DNA of 64,000 bases from Burkholderiales bacterium. GTDB taxonomy: Bacteria > Pseudomonadota > Gammaproteobacteria > Burkholderiales > Burkholderiaceae_A. The notes under the pieces are model-generated. The model ran no database searches, was not told the origin of the DNA, and saw only the letters and a list, made by a program, of their open reading frames with translations. The stretch is from assembly GCA_027486725.1 (NCBI GenBank), contig JAIXOP010000015.1, positions 215,950 to 279,949 of the forward strand, read 5' to 3'. A program made the translations under genes and the position numbers. Below are positions 15,874 to 26,200 of the stretch, in pieces; position 1 is the stretch's first letter, and every line of letters begins with the position of its first letter.

Positions 15874-17717
15874 CGATTCAGCAGGTTTCTGAGGGCCTTG
15901 TCCACGGCCTCATTGGCTTTGCCGCCGAGCCGCTCCTTTTGCTTGTCGATCTGCGACTGCAGATTCGCCTTCAGGAGCGCCTCGGTGTCGATCTCCCAGC
16001 CCACGGCAGAGAAGGGGCCCTTCACGCGAACCGGGACGGTGATGCCCCGGGTCTTCTCGATGGGCTTGCCGTCCTGTCCGGTGATGGTGTTGACCACCTT
16101 GGCGCTCACGAGATAGTCCAGCGTCGAGGCAATGAGGTTGGCCTCGCCAGCCCCTCCGATGCGAAACAGTGGCGACATGAGATTCAGATCGTTGCTGCGT
16201 GCGATGCCCTGAGCAATCTGCCAAGACATGGTCATGGCCGTGAAGTCGGTTTTCTTTTGGGTGTCGTGGGGCTCGGCCGTCGAGGCCGCTGCACTGGCCG
16301 GGGCGCCCCCCAGATACCCCTGCACGGTTCGCACCCGCTCAGCGAGGTTGATCCCCTTCACCGCCCCATCGCGCAGGTCGATGGCTGCACTGCCCGCCAA
16401 GGCGGACTTCAGGCCGCGAATGCTGCGGCCACTGGTCTGAAGCTGGAGCACCAGCCTGCCCCGACCCTCGAGCACATCGCGGTTGGCCAGATCGATCAAC
16501 AGCGGATTGATCTCAATGCCATCGAAGGTCGCCTGGGCGGCCAGCCGTTGGCCCACCGCCTGAGCGCTGAGATGTGCTGCCACCGTGCCCCCATAGGCCT
16601 TGACCTTGAGCGGCGCTACCCGCACCGATCCACCCTGCGCATCGAGGCGGGCTGAGACCTCCGAGAGCCGCAGGTTGGAGGCCTTCATCTGGCCAACAGC
16701 CAGGGTCAGGTCCAGGTTCAGCGCCTTCAAGCCCGACAGGTCGATGGACGCATCCTCGGAATTGGCCGACACCGGCGCAAGCCCTGCCCCCAGAGCGGCG
16801 TAGGCGGCCGCTTGGGTGGGCTGCGCCAGCAGTGCGTCGAGGTCGAGGGCGTCGGCGCGCAGATCGCCCGAGATGCGCTGCGTGTTGAGGTCCATGCCCA
16901 TGCGCCCCTCGAGTCGGGTTCTCTGCGCTGCCGCCTGAGCGAGCCGACTCTCCAGATCGATGCGCAGCGCGGTGAGATCCACCCGGCCGGCCTCTCCGAG
17001 CTGCAGCAGCAGATCCCCGGCGATGCCAAAGCGCAGGGCGAGCGAGGGCTGGTTCAAGCGCAGCAGGCCCTGCAGGTCCACAGCGCTGGGCCGCCCCGGA
17101 ACGATGGCGCTGGTGCGCAGACTGACCTCCGAGAGCTCCGCTCGCAGGCCCGAGCCCAGATCCCGGTAGCTCAGGCTGAGGTCCTCCAGCAGGATGGACT
17201 CCACCGCCAGGGCCATGGGCAGTCCCGAACCGGAGGGGTCTTTGGAGGACTTAGGCTCCGGGGAGGCTCCCCCCTCCGAGGCTGCAGGATCGGCCATCAG
17301 CCGCAGCAAATCATCAAAATTGAATTGGCCTCTGGCGTCTTTCACCACCGCCACCTTCACCCCGGCCGCACGAAACGCCTCGACCTCGGCCCTGCCAGTC
17401 AAGAGGGGCAGCACCGCCAGCCCGACCCGAAGGCTCTGCACGCGGGCGAACTCCCCGGCGCCCCCGGGCTCCGAGACCGAGACCTCGTTCAGGCGGGCAC
17501 CCAGGGTCGGAAAGATGGTGAATTCCACGGGCCCCGCCACCGTCAGCGACCTCTGGGTCTTGGCCTGCAGGGCCTCGGCCGCAGCGCCCACCAGCGCGTC
17601 CTTGTCCAGCGCCCGCAGCAACAGCATCGCTGCCAACAGGCCTGCCAAGGCCAGGGCCAGTCCGACGGCAAGCAGCAGCTTCCAACGGGCGCGGGGGGTG
17701 GGGTTGGCTGGGGTCAT
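15870..17717 (-). CDS. asmA: AsmA family protein
   Basis: N-terminal TM, then QRSLTVAGPVEFTIFPTLG, GQFNFDDL; C-terminal GAVKGINLA, TDF..M, VPVRVKGPF. Confidence 0.85.
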   Translation of the reverse strand: MTPANPTPRARWKLLLAVGLALALAGLLAAMLLLRALDKDALVGAAAEALQAKTQRSLTVAGPVEFTIFPTLGARLNEVSVSEPGGAGEFARVQSLRVGLAVLPLLTGRAEVEAFRAAGVKVAVVKDARGQFNFDDLLRLMADPAASEGGASPEPKSSKDPSGSGLPMALAVESILLEDLSLSYRDLGSGLRAELSEVSLRTSAIVPGRPSAVDLQGLLRLNQPSLALRFGIAGDLLLQLGEAGRVDLTALRIDLESRLAQAAAQRTRLEGRMGMDLNTQRISGDLRADALDLDALLAQPTQAAAYAALGAGLAPVSANSEDASIDLSGLKALNLDLTLAVGQMKASNLRLSEVSARLDAQGGSVRVAPLKVKAYGGTVAAHLSAQAVGQRLAAQATFDGIEINPLLIDLANRDVLEGRGRLVLQLQTSGRSIRGLKSALAGSAAIDLRDGAVKGINLAERVRTVQGYLGGAPASAAASTAEPHDTQKKTDFTAMTMSWQIAQGIARSNDLNLMSPLFRIGGAGEANLIASTLDYLVSAKVVNTITGQDGKPIEKTRGITVPVRVKGPFSAVGWEIDTEALLKANLQSQIDKQKERLGGKANEAVDKALRNLLNR

Positions 17718-17802
17718 GGCGGGCTCCGGTGGGGGTGCGATGGTGGTGCTGCGGTGGGGTCGAACCCATCATAAAGGCCCGTGCCTTCATTAAACTCTCG
17801 GC

Positions 17803-18333
17803 ATGAACTTTTGCTCGGCCTGCGGCGCCTCGGTCGCCTACAAAGTCCCCACGGAAGACAACCGCCTGCGGGCCGTCTGCACATCCTGCGAGGTCGTTCA
17901 CTACATCAACCCCAAAATTGTTCTGGGCAGCCTGCCCACCTGGCAGGGCAAGGTCCTGCTCTGCCGCCGGGCCATCGATCCCCGGCACGGCTACTGGACC
18001 CTGCCCGCCGGCTTCATGGAACTCGACGAGTCGACCCAGGAAGGTGCCGCCCGAGAAACCCTCGAGGAGTCCGGCGCCCAGGTCCGCATGGGGTCTCTGT
18101 TCGCCGTCATGGACATCCCAGTCGTGCAGCAGGTCCACATCTTTTATCGTGCCGAGATGCTCTCGCCCGACCTCGATCCGGGCCCCGAAAGCCTCGAGGC
18201 GCGACTGTTCGACGAGGCCGAGATTCCCTGGGACGACCTGGCCTTTCGCAGCGTGACCCTGGCGCTCGAGCTCTTCTTCCAAGACCGCGCGGCCGGCGCT
18301 CCATCCGACCGCGTTCACAGCGTGCGCCTCTGA
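17803..18333 (+). CDS. NUDIX hydrolase with N-terminal zinc ribbon
   Basis: FCSACG..VCTSC..HYINPK, WTLPAGFMELDESTQEGAARETLEE (Nudix box). Confidence 0.92.
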   Translation: MNFCSACGASVAYKVPTEDNRLRAVCTSCEVVHYINPKIVLGSLPTWQGKVLLCRRAIDPRHGYWTLPAGFMELDESTQEGAARETLEESGAQVRMGSLFAVMDIPVVQQVHIFYRAEMLSPDLDPGPESLEARLFDEAEIPWDDLAFRSVTLALELFFQDRAAGAPSDRVHSVRL

Positions 18334-19095
18334 ATGCATCCGCGCCAATCCCCGGCATCGCTGGCCTGGGTGACCCAGGACATTCCATTCCCGCCCACAT
18401 GGCAGGCCTGGGGCAGCGAGGATGGGGCCAATGGTCTGCTGGCAGCCAGCCAGGGCATCAGCGTTCGTCTGCTCATCACCGCCTATCGGCAGGGCATCTT
18501 CCCGTGGTCGAACCCATCCGAGCCGGTGCTCTGGTGGACCCCCGATCCGCGCATGGTGCTGCAGACCAGGAACTTTCGTCGGCATCGCTCGCTGCGCCAG
18601 GCTGCCCGCCGATTTGAAGCCGCGGGCGCGCGCATTTGCATGAATGCCGAGGGCCTGGCGGGGTTTCCCGAGGTGATGCGGGCCTGCGCAGCACCCCGGC
18701 CGGACCAACCCGGAACCTGGATCACGCCGGCCATCATCGAGGCCTACACCGAGCTGCACCGTCAGGGCATGGCGCACTCCGTGGTGCTGGTCGATGCCGA
18801 CGGGCAGCTTCTCGGCGGACTCTACTGCGTTGCCATCGGCGGCATGGTGTATGGCGAGAGCATGTTCTCGCGGGCGACCGATGCCAGCAAGATCTGCCTG
18901 GCAGCCCTGGTGGCCTGGGTGCAGCCGCAGGGTGTCGACTGGATCGACTGCCAGCAGCAGACCGGCCACCTCGCCCGCCTGGGCGCAGCCCCCATGCCGC
19001 GGGCGGATTTCGAGCGCGGCATCTACGACCGCACGCGCCGGCCGGCCTTGCTCTGGACCTCCCGAACCCTGCCGTGGAGCCTGCTGCATGGCTGA
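18334..19095 (+). CDS. aat: Leucyl/phenylalanyl-tRNA--protein transferase
   Basis: [56 protein letters not shown]. Confidence 0.93.
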   Translation: MHPRQSPASLAWVTQDIPFPPTWQAWGSEDGANGLLAASQGISVRLLITAYRQGIFPWSNPSEPVLWWTPDPRMVLQTRNFRRHRSLRQAARRFEAAGARICMNAEGLAGFPEVMRACAAPRPDQPGTWITPAIIEAYTELHRQGMAHSVVLVDADGQLLGGLYCVAIGGMVYGESMFSRATDASKICLAALVAWVQPQGVDWIDCQQQTGHLARLGAAPMPRADFERGIYDRTRRPALLWTSRTLPWSLLHG

Positions 19096-19831
19096 CCTCA
19101 AAGACCTGCCGATTCACAGCCTGCAGTTCTATGTAACGGCGCCCTATCCGTGCAGCTACCTCGAGGGGCGGCGAGCGCGCTCGCAGGTGGCGAGCCCCAA
19201 CCACCTCATCACGCCGGAGGTCTTCGGCGATCTGGTGCACATGGGCTTTCGACGCAGTGGGGCCTACGCCTATCGGCCCTACTGCGACAACTGCCGCGCC
19301 TGCCAGCCACTGCGCGTTCCGGTGGCCGAGTTCAAACCCAACCGCACCCAGCGGCGGGTGTGGAAACGGCACCAGGGCCGGGTCATCGCCCGCGAGGAGG
19401 GCGATCTTCAGTTCATGGATGAGCACTACCTGCTCTATCAGCGCTACCAGCGCCAGCGCCATGCGGGTGGCGGCATGGATCAAGACACCCGCGAGCAGTA
19501 CGCGCAATTTCTTCTGCACAGCCGCGTGGACAGCCGGCTCGTGAGCTTTCGCGACGCCGAGACCCGGGCCCTCAAGATGGTCTCGATCATCGATGTGCTG
19601 CCCGATGGACTGTCCTCGGTCTACACCTTCTTTGACCCCGACGATGCCTCGGCCTCGTGGGGAACCTACGGTGTGCTCTGGCAGATCGCCGAGGCCCGAC
19701 GCCTGGGCATGGCCCATGTCTACCTGGGGTATTGGATCGAGCAGAGCCCCAAGATGGCCTACAAGGCCAACTTCATGCCCGCCGAGGTGCTGCAGGATCA
19801 GGGGTGGACTCGGCTCATAATTCCGGAATGA
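19088..19831 (+). CDS. bpt: Arginyl-tRNA--protein transferase family / aspartate-glutamate leucyltransferase (Bpt)
   Basis: [18 protein letters not shown]...[27 protein letters not shown]...KMAYK. Confidence 0.9.
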   Translation: MADLKDLPIHSLQFYVTAPYPCSYLEGRRARSQVASPNHLITPEVFGDLVHMGFRRSGAYAYRPYCDNCRACQPLRVPVAEFKPNRTQRRVWKRHQGRVIAREEGDLQFMDEHYLLYQRYQRQRHAGGGMDQDTREQYAQFLLHSRVDSRLVSFRDAETRALKMVSIIDVLPDGLSSVYTFFDPDDASASWGTYGVLWQIAEARRLGMAHVYLGYWIEQSPKMAYKANFMPAEVLQDQGWTRLIIPE

Positions 19832-20895
19832 CGACCCCATCCCATCCGATTGGCGCCTACGCGCTGCTGCGCCCTCTGCTGTTTCTGCTCGACCCTGAAG
19901 AAGCCCACCGCCTCAGCTTTGCAGCCCTCGATGCCCTTGAGTCGCTGCGGCAACGGCTCGGTGCCCGCCCGGCCCTGGCACTGTCCGGCCACAGCCTCCA
20001 AAAGCTCGGCCTGCACTTCCCCAATCGGGTGGGCCTGGCCGCTGGCCTTGACAAAGAAGCCGCCCACCTCGATGGCCTTGCCCGCATGGGGTTTGGTTTT
20101 CTGGAGGTCGGCACCGTGACGCCCCTTGGGCAGCCCGGCAACCCCATACCCCGGATGTTTCGCATTCCCGAGGCCGATGCGCTCATCAATCGGCTGGGGT
20201 TCAACAACCGCGGGCTGGAGGTCTTTCTGCGCCATGTGGCCGAGAGCCCATGGGCCCAGGGCCGGCAGGCCGGCGAACATGCAGTTCTGGGACTCAACAT
20301 CGGCAAAAACGCGGCAACCCCCATCGAGGAGGCCAGCCGCGACTACCTGCGCTGCCTGGAGGCGGTTGCCCCGGTGGCCGACTACGTCACGGTGAACATC
20401 TCCTCGCCCAACACTCAGAACCTGCGCAGCCTGCAGAGCCAGGCCTCGCTGGCCACTCTGGTGGCCCAGCTCTCCGAGGCCCGCAGCCGCCTGGCCGACC
20501 GGCTGGGCCGCCGCGTCCCCATCCTCATCAAGATCGCGCCAGACCTCACCGCCTCGGAAGTGCCCGAGGTGGTCGATACCCTCTGCGAGGGCGGCATGGA
20601 CGGGGTGATCTCCAGCAACACCACCCTCTCGCGCGAGGGCGTGGAATTCAGCCACTGGGCCAAGGAAGCGGGTGGGCTCTCGGGCCGGCCCCTGGCCGAT
20701 CGGGCCATGGCCACCCTCAAGGCCGTTCGGGCGAGCCTGCCGCAGGATCGGCTTCTGGTGGCCGTTGGTGGCATCGACTCGGCCGAGACTGCGCAGGCCC
20801 GACTCGATGCCGGTGCAGACCTGGTGCAGGTCTACACCGGCCTCATCTATCGAGGTCCAGGGCTCGTGCGCGAGATCGTGTCCCGCGCCGCGTAG
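19828..20895 (+). CDS. pyrD: Quinone-dependent dihydroorotate dehydrogenase
   Basis: [51 protein letters not shown]. Confidence 0.95.
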   Translation: MTTPSHPIGAYALLRPLLFLLDPEEAHRLSFAALDALESLRQRLGARPALALSGHSLQKLGLHFPNRVGLAAGLDKEAAHLDGLARMGFGFLEVGTVTPLGQPGNPIPRMFRIPEADALINRLGFNNRGLEVFLRHVAESPWAQGRQAGEHAVLGLNIGKNAATPIEEASRDYLRCLEAVAPVADYVTVNISSPNTQNLRSLQSQASLATLVAQLSEARSRLADRLGRRVPILIKIAPDLTASEVPEVVDTLCEGGMDGVISSNTTLSREGVEFSHWAKEAGGLSGRPLADRAMATLKAVRASLPQDRLLVAVGGIDSAETAQARLDAGADLVQVYTGLIYRGPGLVREIVSRAA

Positions 20896-22277
20896 CGCTC
20901 GCGGAAGGTGCCACCCCGCGGGACGGGCAGATCGCGGAACTGCGTCCAGCCCGAGACCCCCGGGATGTGGGCGATGCGTCCGCGCTTGCCGCCCCAGAGC
21001 CGCAGCAGCCGGCTGCCCACGCCCGAGAGCAAGGCATAGAGCCGAGGGCGGGTGGCGATGAAGGCCCAGGCGGTGAGCATCCAGCGCTCCTTCCAGGGGC
21101 GCAGGTGCCGCTCGACCTGACGCATCCGCAGCCGCCGCAGCAAATCCGGCAGCGGTATTCCCACTGGGCAGACCACATGGCAGACGCCGCAGAGCGTGGC
21201 CGCCTGGGGCAGATCGAGCGACTGCTCGATGCCGGCATAGGCCGGCGTGAGCACCGACCCCATCGGCCCTGGGTAGACCCATCCATAGGCATGGCCGCCA
21301 ATCTTTTGATAGACGGGGCAGTGATTCATGCAGGCGCCGCATCGAATGCAGCGCAGCATCTCCTCGAACTCCCCACCCAAGAGGCTGCTGCGGCCACCGT
21401 CGACCAGCACGTAATAGAGGTGGTCGGGGCCATCGGCCTCGCCCGCACCCCGGGTGCCCGTGAGCAGTGAGATGTAGTTGGAGATGGTCTGGCCCGTGGC
21501 CGAGCGGGTGAGCAGCCGGGCGAGTGTCGCGAAATCCTCGAGGCTGGGCACCACCTTCTCGATGCCTGTGACGACCACATGCACCTTGGGCAGCACGGTG
21601 CACATGCCCTCGTTGCCCTCGTTGGTGACGATGGCCACCGAGCCCGTCTCGGCAATGAGGAAGTTGCCGCCCGTCACCCCCATGTCGGACTGCAGAAACT
21701 TGGGGCGCAGGGTCTCGCGGGCCTCTCGGGTGAGCTCAGGGATGTCGGTCAGCGGAGGCTTGCCATGAACGCGGGAAAAGAGATCGGAGACCTGTTCTTT
21801 GTCCTTGTGGATGACCGGCGCGATGATGTGGCTGGGCGGCTCATTGTTGTTGATCTGCAGGATGTACTCGCCCAGATCGGTCTCGATGGGCTCAATGCCG
21901 GCCTCGCGCAGGGCGTCGTTGAGGGCCATTTCCTCGGAGACCATCGACTTGCTCTTGGTGACCGTCTTTACCCCATGGTGCTGCGCAATCTCCACCACCA
22001 GGCGGCTGGCCTCCTCGGGCGAGACGGCATAGAGGACCTGGGCGCCCTTGGCCTTGGCATTGGCCTCGAAGGTGAGGATCCAGTTTTCGAGATCGCGGAT
22101 GACCTCGTCGCGAATCTGGATGGCGTGCGCCCGGGTGGCCTCAAAGTCGATCTCGGCCATGGTGGTGGCGCGGGCCGTCACAAACTTCTGGGCAAGCCGA
22201 CGCAGATTGTTTTGAAGCCGGGTGTCGGCGAGCTTCTCACCGGCACGGGCATGAAAATGAATGGAACTGACCTGCAT
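20847..22277 (-). CDS. lutB: Lactate utilization protein B (LutB/LldF), Fe-S subunit
   Basis: KSKSMVSEE, ETDLGEYI, PSHII, VTNEGNE, CIRCGACMNHCPVY, YPGPMG, CGVCHVVCPVGIPLP. Confidence 0.92.
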   Translation of the reverse strand: MQVSSIHFHARAGEKLADTRLQNNLRRLAQKFVTARATTMAEIDFEATRAHAIQIRDEVIRDLENWILTFEANAKAKGAQVLYAVSPEEASRLVVEIAQHHGVKTVTKSKSMVSEEMALNDALREAGIEPIETDLGEYILQINNNEPPSHIIAPVIHKDKEQVSDLFSRVHGKPPLTDIPELTREARETLRPKFLQSDMGVTGGNFLIAETGSVAIVTNEGNEGMCTVLPKVHVVVTGIEKVVPSLEDFATLARLLTRSATGQTISNYISLLTGTRGAGEADGPDHLYYVLVDGGRSSLLGGEFEEMLRCIRCGACMNHCPVYQKIGGHAYGWVYPGPMGSVLTPAYAGIEQSLDLPQAATLCGVCHVVCPVGIPLPDLLRRLRMRQVERHLRPWKERWMLTAWAFIATRPRLYALLSGVGSRLLRLWGGKRGRIAHIPGVSGWTQFRDLPVPRGGTFRERYAARDTISRTSPGPR

Positions 22278-22300
22278 GGTGTACCCCTCGCCCGGACCGA

Positions 22301-23107
22301 TTAGCCTGCGCTGCCCAAGGCCCCCGGCGCCGACTCGGGCACCAGATGGCCTGCCAAGACCTCGGCCACATGCTTGACCTGCGTGCGCTCGTCGCCGGTG
22401 CGCCGCAGCCGTCCCTCGAGATGAAGCATGCAGCCCACATCGCCCATGACCACGGCGCAGGCGCCGGTGGCCTGCACCGCCTGAATTTTCTCGTCGGCGA
22501 TGGCGGCCGAAATGTGGCCGTACTTCAGCGAAAAGGTGCCGCCAAAGCCGCAGCAGGCCTGGGCGCTGGGCATCTCGACCAGGGAAATGCCAGGGATTTT
22601 CTGCAGCAGGGTGCGCGGCTGATCGCAGACACCCAACTCGCGCAGGCCGCTGCAGCAGTCGTGGTAAGTGATGGTGCCCTCGGCTGCACTCGGCACGGTG
22701 TCGAGGCCACAGACGTTGACCAGATAGTCTGTGAGCTCATAGACGCGGGTGGAGACATCGAGCATGCGCGCCTTGAGGTTGGGGTCGTCGGCCAGAAGCT
22801 CGGCATAGTGGGTCTTGATCATGCCTGCGCAAGAGCCACTGGGAATCACGATGTGGTCAAAGCCCTCGAGCTGGCGCACCACCCGCTCGGCCAGGCGCAG
22901 CGCCGCAGGACGATCGCCCGAGTTGAAGGCGGGCTGGCCGCAGCAGGTCTGGTTGTCGGGGACCACGACCTCGCAGCCGGCATGCTCGAGCAGGCGGATG
23001 GCGGCGAAGCCCACCTCGGGCCGCATGAGGTCGACCAGGCAGGTCACAAAGAGCGCGACCCGGGGACGGGCCTGAGGCACATCGATTTGATTGGGTTCCA
23101 AAGACAT
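22301..23107 (-). CDS. lutA: Lactate utilization protein A (LutA/LldE), CCG-domain Fe-S protein
   Basis: LFVTCLVD, QTCCGQP, SGSC, YHDCC, CCGFGGTF, GCMLHL. Confidence 0.92.
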   Translation of the reverse strand: MSLEPNQIDVPQARPRVALFVTCLVDLMRPEVGFAAIRLLEHAGCEVVVPDNQTCCGQPAFNSGDRPAALRLAERVVRQLEGFDHIVIPSGSCAGMIKTHYAELLADDPNLKARMLDVSTRVYELTDYLVNVCGLDTVPSAAEGTITYHDCCSGLRELGVCDQPRTLLQKIPGISLVEMPSAQACCGFGGTFSLKYGHISAAIADEKIQAVQATGACAVVMGDVGCMLHLEGRLRRTGDERTQVKHVAEVLAGHLVPESAPGALGSAG

Positions 23108-23164
23108 CTCTCGAGGCTGTCGTTAGACTGCGGGTTTGGCCGATCATTCTGCCACCGAACCTCC

Positions 23165-23965
23165 ATGAGCCTGTCCATTCCCCCCGTCGCCCGCGCCAAG
23201 CCGGTCATCCAGGTCTTGGAGCGCCTGCACGGGATCCTGGATGCCCTGGCCACACAGGCAGACCCCATCCCCCTCAAAGACATCGCCCGGCTCACTGGGC
23301 TGCACCCCTCCACCGCCCACCGGATCCTCAACGACCTGGTGCTCATGCGCATGGTCGACCGGACCGAGCCCGGCCACTACCAGCTCGGCATGCGGCTGCT
23401 GGAGCTGGGCAATCTGGTGAAGGCCCGACTCAATGTGCGCGATGCCGCCGCAGGCCCCATGCGCGACCTGCACCGGCTGACCGGCGAGACCATCAATTTG
23501 GCGGTCCGCCAGGGCGACGAGATTGTGTATGTCGAGCGGGCAGTGAGTGAGCGCTCAGGCATGCAGGTGGTTCGGGCCATCGGGGGCCGCGCACCGCTGC
23601 ACCTGACCTCCACTGGCAAGCTCTTTCTGGCCGAAGATGACATCCGCGCCGTGCGCTCCTATGGCATGCGCACGGGCCTGGCGGGCACCACGCGCAACAG
23701 CATCACGCGAATGGAGCAGCTTGAGGTCGAACTCGATGGGGTTCGGACCCGCGGCTATGCCCGGGACAACGAAGAATTGGAGCTGGGGGTGCGATGCATC
23801 GCTGCCGCGGTGCGGGACGACGCTGGACGCCTGGTGGCGGGCCTGTCGATCTCGGCCCCCGCCGACCGGGCCAACGATGGATGGCTGGTCGCACTGCACA
23901 ACACCGCCAACAGCATCTCGGCGGCCCTGGGCTGGGGGGCCACGGCCGGTGCCGCGTCGGGCTAG
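23165..23965 (+). CDS. IclR-family transcriptional regulator
   Basis: IQVLER, GLHPSTAHRIL HTH, APLHLTSTGKLFLA, EELELGVRCIAA. Confidence 0.93.
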   Translation: MSLSIPPVARAKPVIQVLERLHGILDALATQADPIPLKDIARLTGLHPSTAHRILNDLVLMRMVDRTEPGHYQLGMRLLELGNLVKARLNVRDAAAGPMRDLHRLTGETINLAVRQGDEIVYVERAVSERSGMQVVRAIGGRAPLHLTSTGKLFLAEDDIRAVRSYGMRTGLAGTTRNSITRMEQLEVELDGVRTRGYARDNEELELGVRCIAAAVRDDAGRLVAGLSISAPADRANDGWLVALHNTANSISAALGWGATAGAASG

Positions 23966-25215
23966 CCGGGACTGGACTCGCTGATCTGGCGTGGGCGATC
24001 CACCCGCTGCTCGATGATGTCGCGGAGCCGCTCAGCATCGCGCAGGCGCGAGCGCTTGTCCTGAGAGTCGAGCATCACAATCACCACCGGCCGCTGGTCA
24101 ATCGAGGCCTGCATCACCAGGCATCGGCCGGCCGCGCGGATGAATCCCGTCTTGGAGAGGCCCAGCTGCCAATCACCGCCGCGGGCCAGAGCGTTGGAAT
24201 TCACATACTTGAGCGTGCGGCCGCGCACCTCGATTTCGGTGCCCACATCGGTGGAAAACTCGCGGATCTCCGGCACCCGAGCAGCCTCTTCCACCAGAAT
24301 CGCGAGATCGCGGGCGGTGGAGACATTGTCCTCCGATAGGCCGGTGGGCTCCACGTAGTAGGTGTTGGTCATGCCGAGCTCCCGTGCCTTGGTGTTCATG
24401 GCGCGGACGAAGGACTGCAGACCGCCGGGGTAGCTGCGGCCCAACGCATGGGCCGCCCGGTTGTCGGAAGACATCAAGGCCAAGTGCAGGAGGGTCGATC
24501 GGTCGAAGGTGCTGCCCAAGGGCAGCCGGGAGGTCGATTTCTTCACCAGTTCTGCATCGCTGCGGGTCAGCGTGATTTCATCGTCCCAGGACACCTGGCC
24601 CTCGGAGACCGCATCGGCCATGACCAGGGCCGTCATCACCTTGGTGATCGAGGCAATTGGCAGGACCGCCGAGGCATTTTTCTCATAGAGGATTTCGCCG
24701 CTGATCTGATCGATGACCAGGGCCGAGGACGAGGAGAGGCCCTCGCGATCGAAGCGGGAACGAATGTCGCTGCGGGTCGCCGAAGACATCCGGTCGTCTG
24801 GGTTGCGTGCCAGCCGCGCCGCCCGAGGGGCGGGCTTTCTTTGGGTGACCTTCTGGCTGCGGGCACGGCGCTCGGCCGCCAGCTGCTGGGTGGATTTGGC
24901 CTGAATGGCCTTGCGGGCCTCGGTTCGACGCTCGGCGTCGGCCTGCGACCGTGCGCGCCGCTGGGCCTCTGCCTTGGCGCGCGCCCGAGCAGCCTCAAGC
25001 TGCCGCTCGCGGTGGGCCTGCTCGGCCTGCGCCCGCAGGCGCTTTTGTTCCTCGGGGGAGAGCGATACGCCGGTGGCGTGGGCCGCGGCGATGAGGGAGA
25101 GGGAGAGGGAGTGCTGCCCCGGCGAGTCCACCGACATCACCGAAAGCGCCATGGGCGCGAGCACAAGGCCCAGCGAGAAAATACACTGCTGCAACAGTGA
25201 GCGCGGTGTGGTCAC
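23962..25215 (-). CDS. pbpG: D-alanyl-D-alanine endopeptidase (PBP7, peptidase S11)
   Basis: PIASITKVMT (SxxK), MSSDN (SxN), PTGL, LSKTGFI..AGRCL (KTG); long charged N-terminal extension. Confidence 0.88.
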   Translation of the reverse strand: MTTPRSLLQQCIFSLGLVLAPMALSVMSVDSPGQHSLSLSLIAAAHATGVSLSPEEQKRLRAQAEQAHRERQLEAARARAKAEAQRRARSQADAERRTEARKAIQAKSTQQLAAERRARSQKVTQRKPAPRAARLARNPDDRMSSATRSDIRSRFDREGLSSSSALVIDQISGEILYEKNASAVLPIASITKVMTALVMADAVSEGQVSWDDEITLTRSDAELVKKSTSRLPLGSTFDRSTLLHLALMSSDNRAAHALGRSYPGGLQSFVRAMNTKARELGMTNTYYVEPTGLSEDNVSTARDLAILVEEAARVPEIREFSTDVGTEIEVRGRTLKYVNSNALARGGDWQLGLSKTGFIRAAGRCLVMQASIDQRPVVIVMLDSQDKRSRLRDAERLRDIIEQRVDRPRQISESSPG

Positions 25216-25267
25216 CCAGTCATACCCTCAAAAAGTTTGGGGAATCCTACCAGCCCTTGCCCAAGAA

Positions 25268-26200
25268 TCAAACACATAGATCGAGCGCAAGCCGTTCCAG
25301 AGCCAGCTCGAGCGTGCGCGCCTGGGCGGCCACCGTGGCCTCGATCGGCTCCGAGTAGCCCCCCGCCATCGCCACCGCCACGGGCAGCCCTCGGGTCAGG
25401 GCCCAGTCAAAGACCGCTGCATCGCGGGCTGCGACCCCCTCGGGCGTGAGCGCCAGCTTGCCCAGCCGGTCCGAGCCCAAAACATCGGCCCCAGCCAGAT
25501 ACACGACCAGATCGGCCGGACCCCAGGCGTCCACCGCCCGCAAGGCCCGACCCAGGGCGTGCAGGTACGTTGCATCGTCGCATCCCGTGGGCAGTCCAAT
25601 GTCCAGAGAAGAGGTCATTTTCTGAAAGGGGTAGTTCTCTTCCCCGTGGAGAGAGACCGTGAACACCGAGGGATCTGCCGCAAAAATCGCCGCGGTGCCA
25701 TTGCCCTGGTGCACATCGCAATCGATAACGGCAGCCCGGCGCACCAGGCCCTCGGCCTGAAGAATGCGGATGGCGAGTGCCGCATCGTTGAAGCAGCAGA
25801 AGCCCTCACCTCGGTCGGCAAAGGCATGGTGGGTGCCGCCCGCCAGATTGACCGCAATGCGTCCGCCCTCGGCCATGGCTGCTCGTGCCGCAGCAACCGT
25901 GGCACCGGCCGAACGCCGGCTGCGCTCCACCATGGCCTCCGACCACGGAAAGCCAATCGCACGCTGCATCTCGGTGGAGATCTGCCCCGAGACGAAGTCG
26001 CGGATGTAGCCCTCGGTGTGGACCCGACGCAGATCGGCATCGACCAGCGCCGGCGGAATGCGAATTTCGATGCCCGCAAGCCGCTCAGCACGCTCGCGCA
26101 GCAGGCGGTACTTATGCATGGGGAAGCGGTGGCCCGCCGGCAGCGGCAGAACGAACTGCTCGCTGCTGAAGCAGACCAGCCGGGGGGCGGGCCGGATCAA
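25268..26200 (-). CDS. Histone deacetylase-family (Zn-dependent) deacetylase
   Basis: GHRFPMHKY, NLAGGTHHA, GFCCFND, IDCDVHQGNGT, YLAGAD, AGGY. Confidence 0.92.
   Translation of the reverse strand: MIRPAPRLVCFSSEQFVLPLPAGHRFPMHKYRLLRERAERLAGIEIRIPPALVDADLRRVHTEGYIRDFVSGQISTEMQRAIGFPWSEAMVERSRRSAGATVAAARAAMAEGGRIAVNLAGGTHHAFADRGEGFCCFNDAALAIRILQAEGLVRRAAVIDCDVHQGNGTAAIFAADPSVFTVSLHGEENYPFQKMTSSLDIGLPTGCDDATYLHALGRALRAVDAWGPADLVVYLAGADVLGSDRLGKLALTPEGVAARDAAVFDWALTRGLPVAVAMAGGYSEPIEATVAAQARTLELALERLALDLCV

Noticed and set aside
20847-23107. Absence of lutC beside lutAB as a broken pathway
   Set aside because: lutC may be encoded elsewhere; this cannot be judged from one window.
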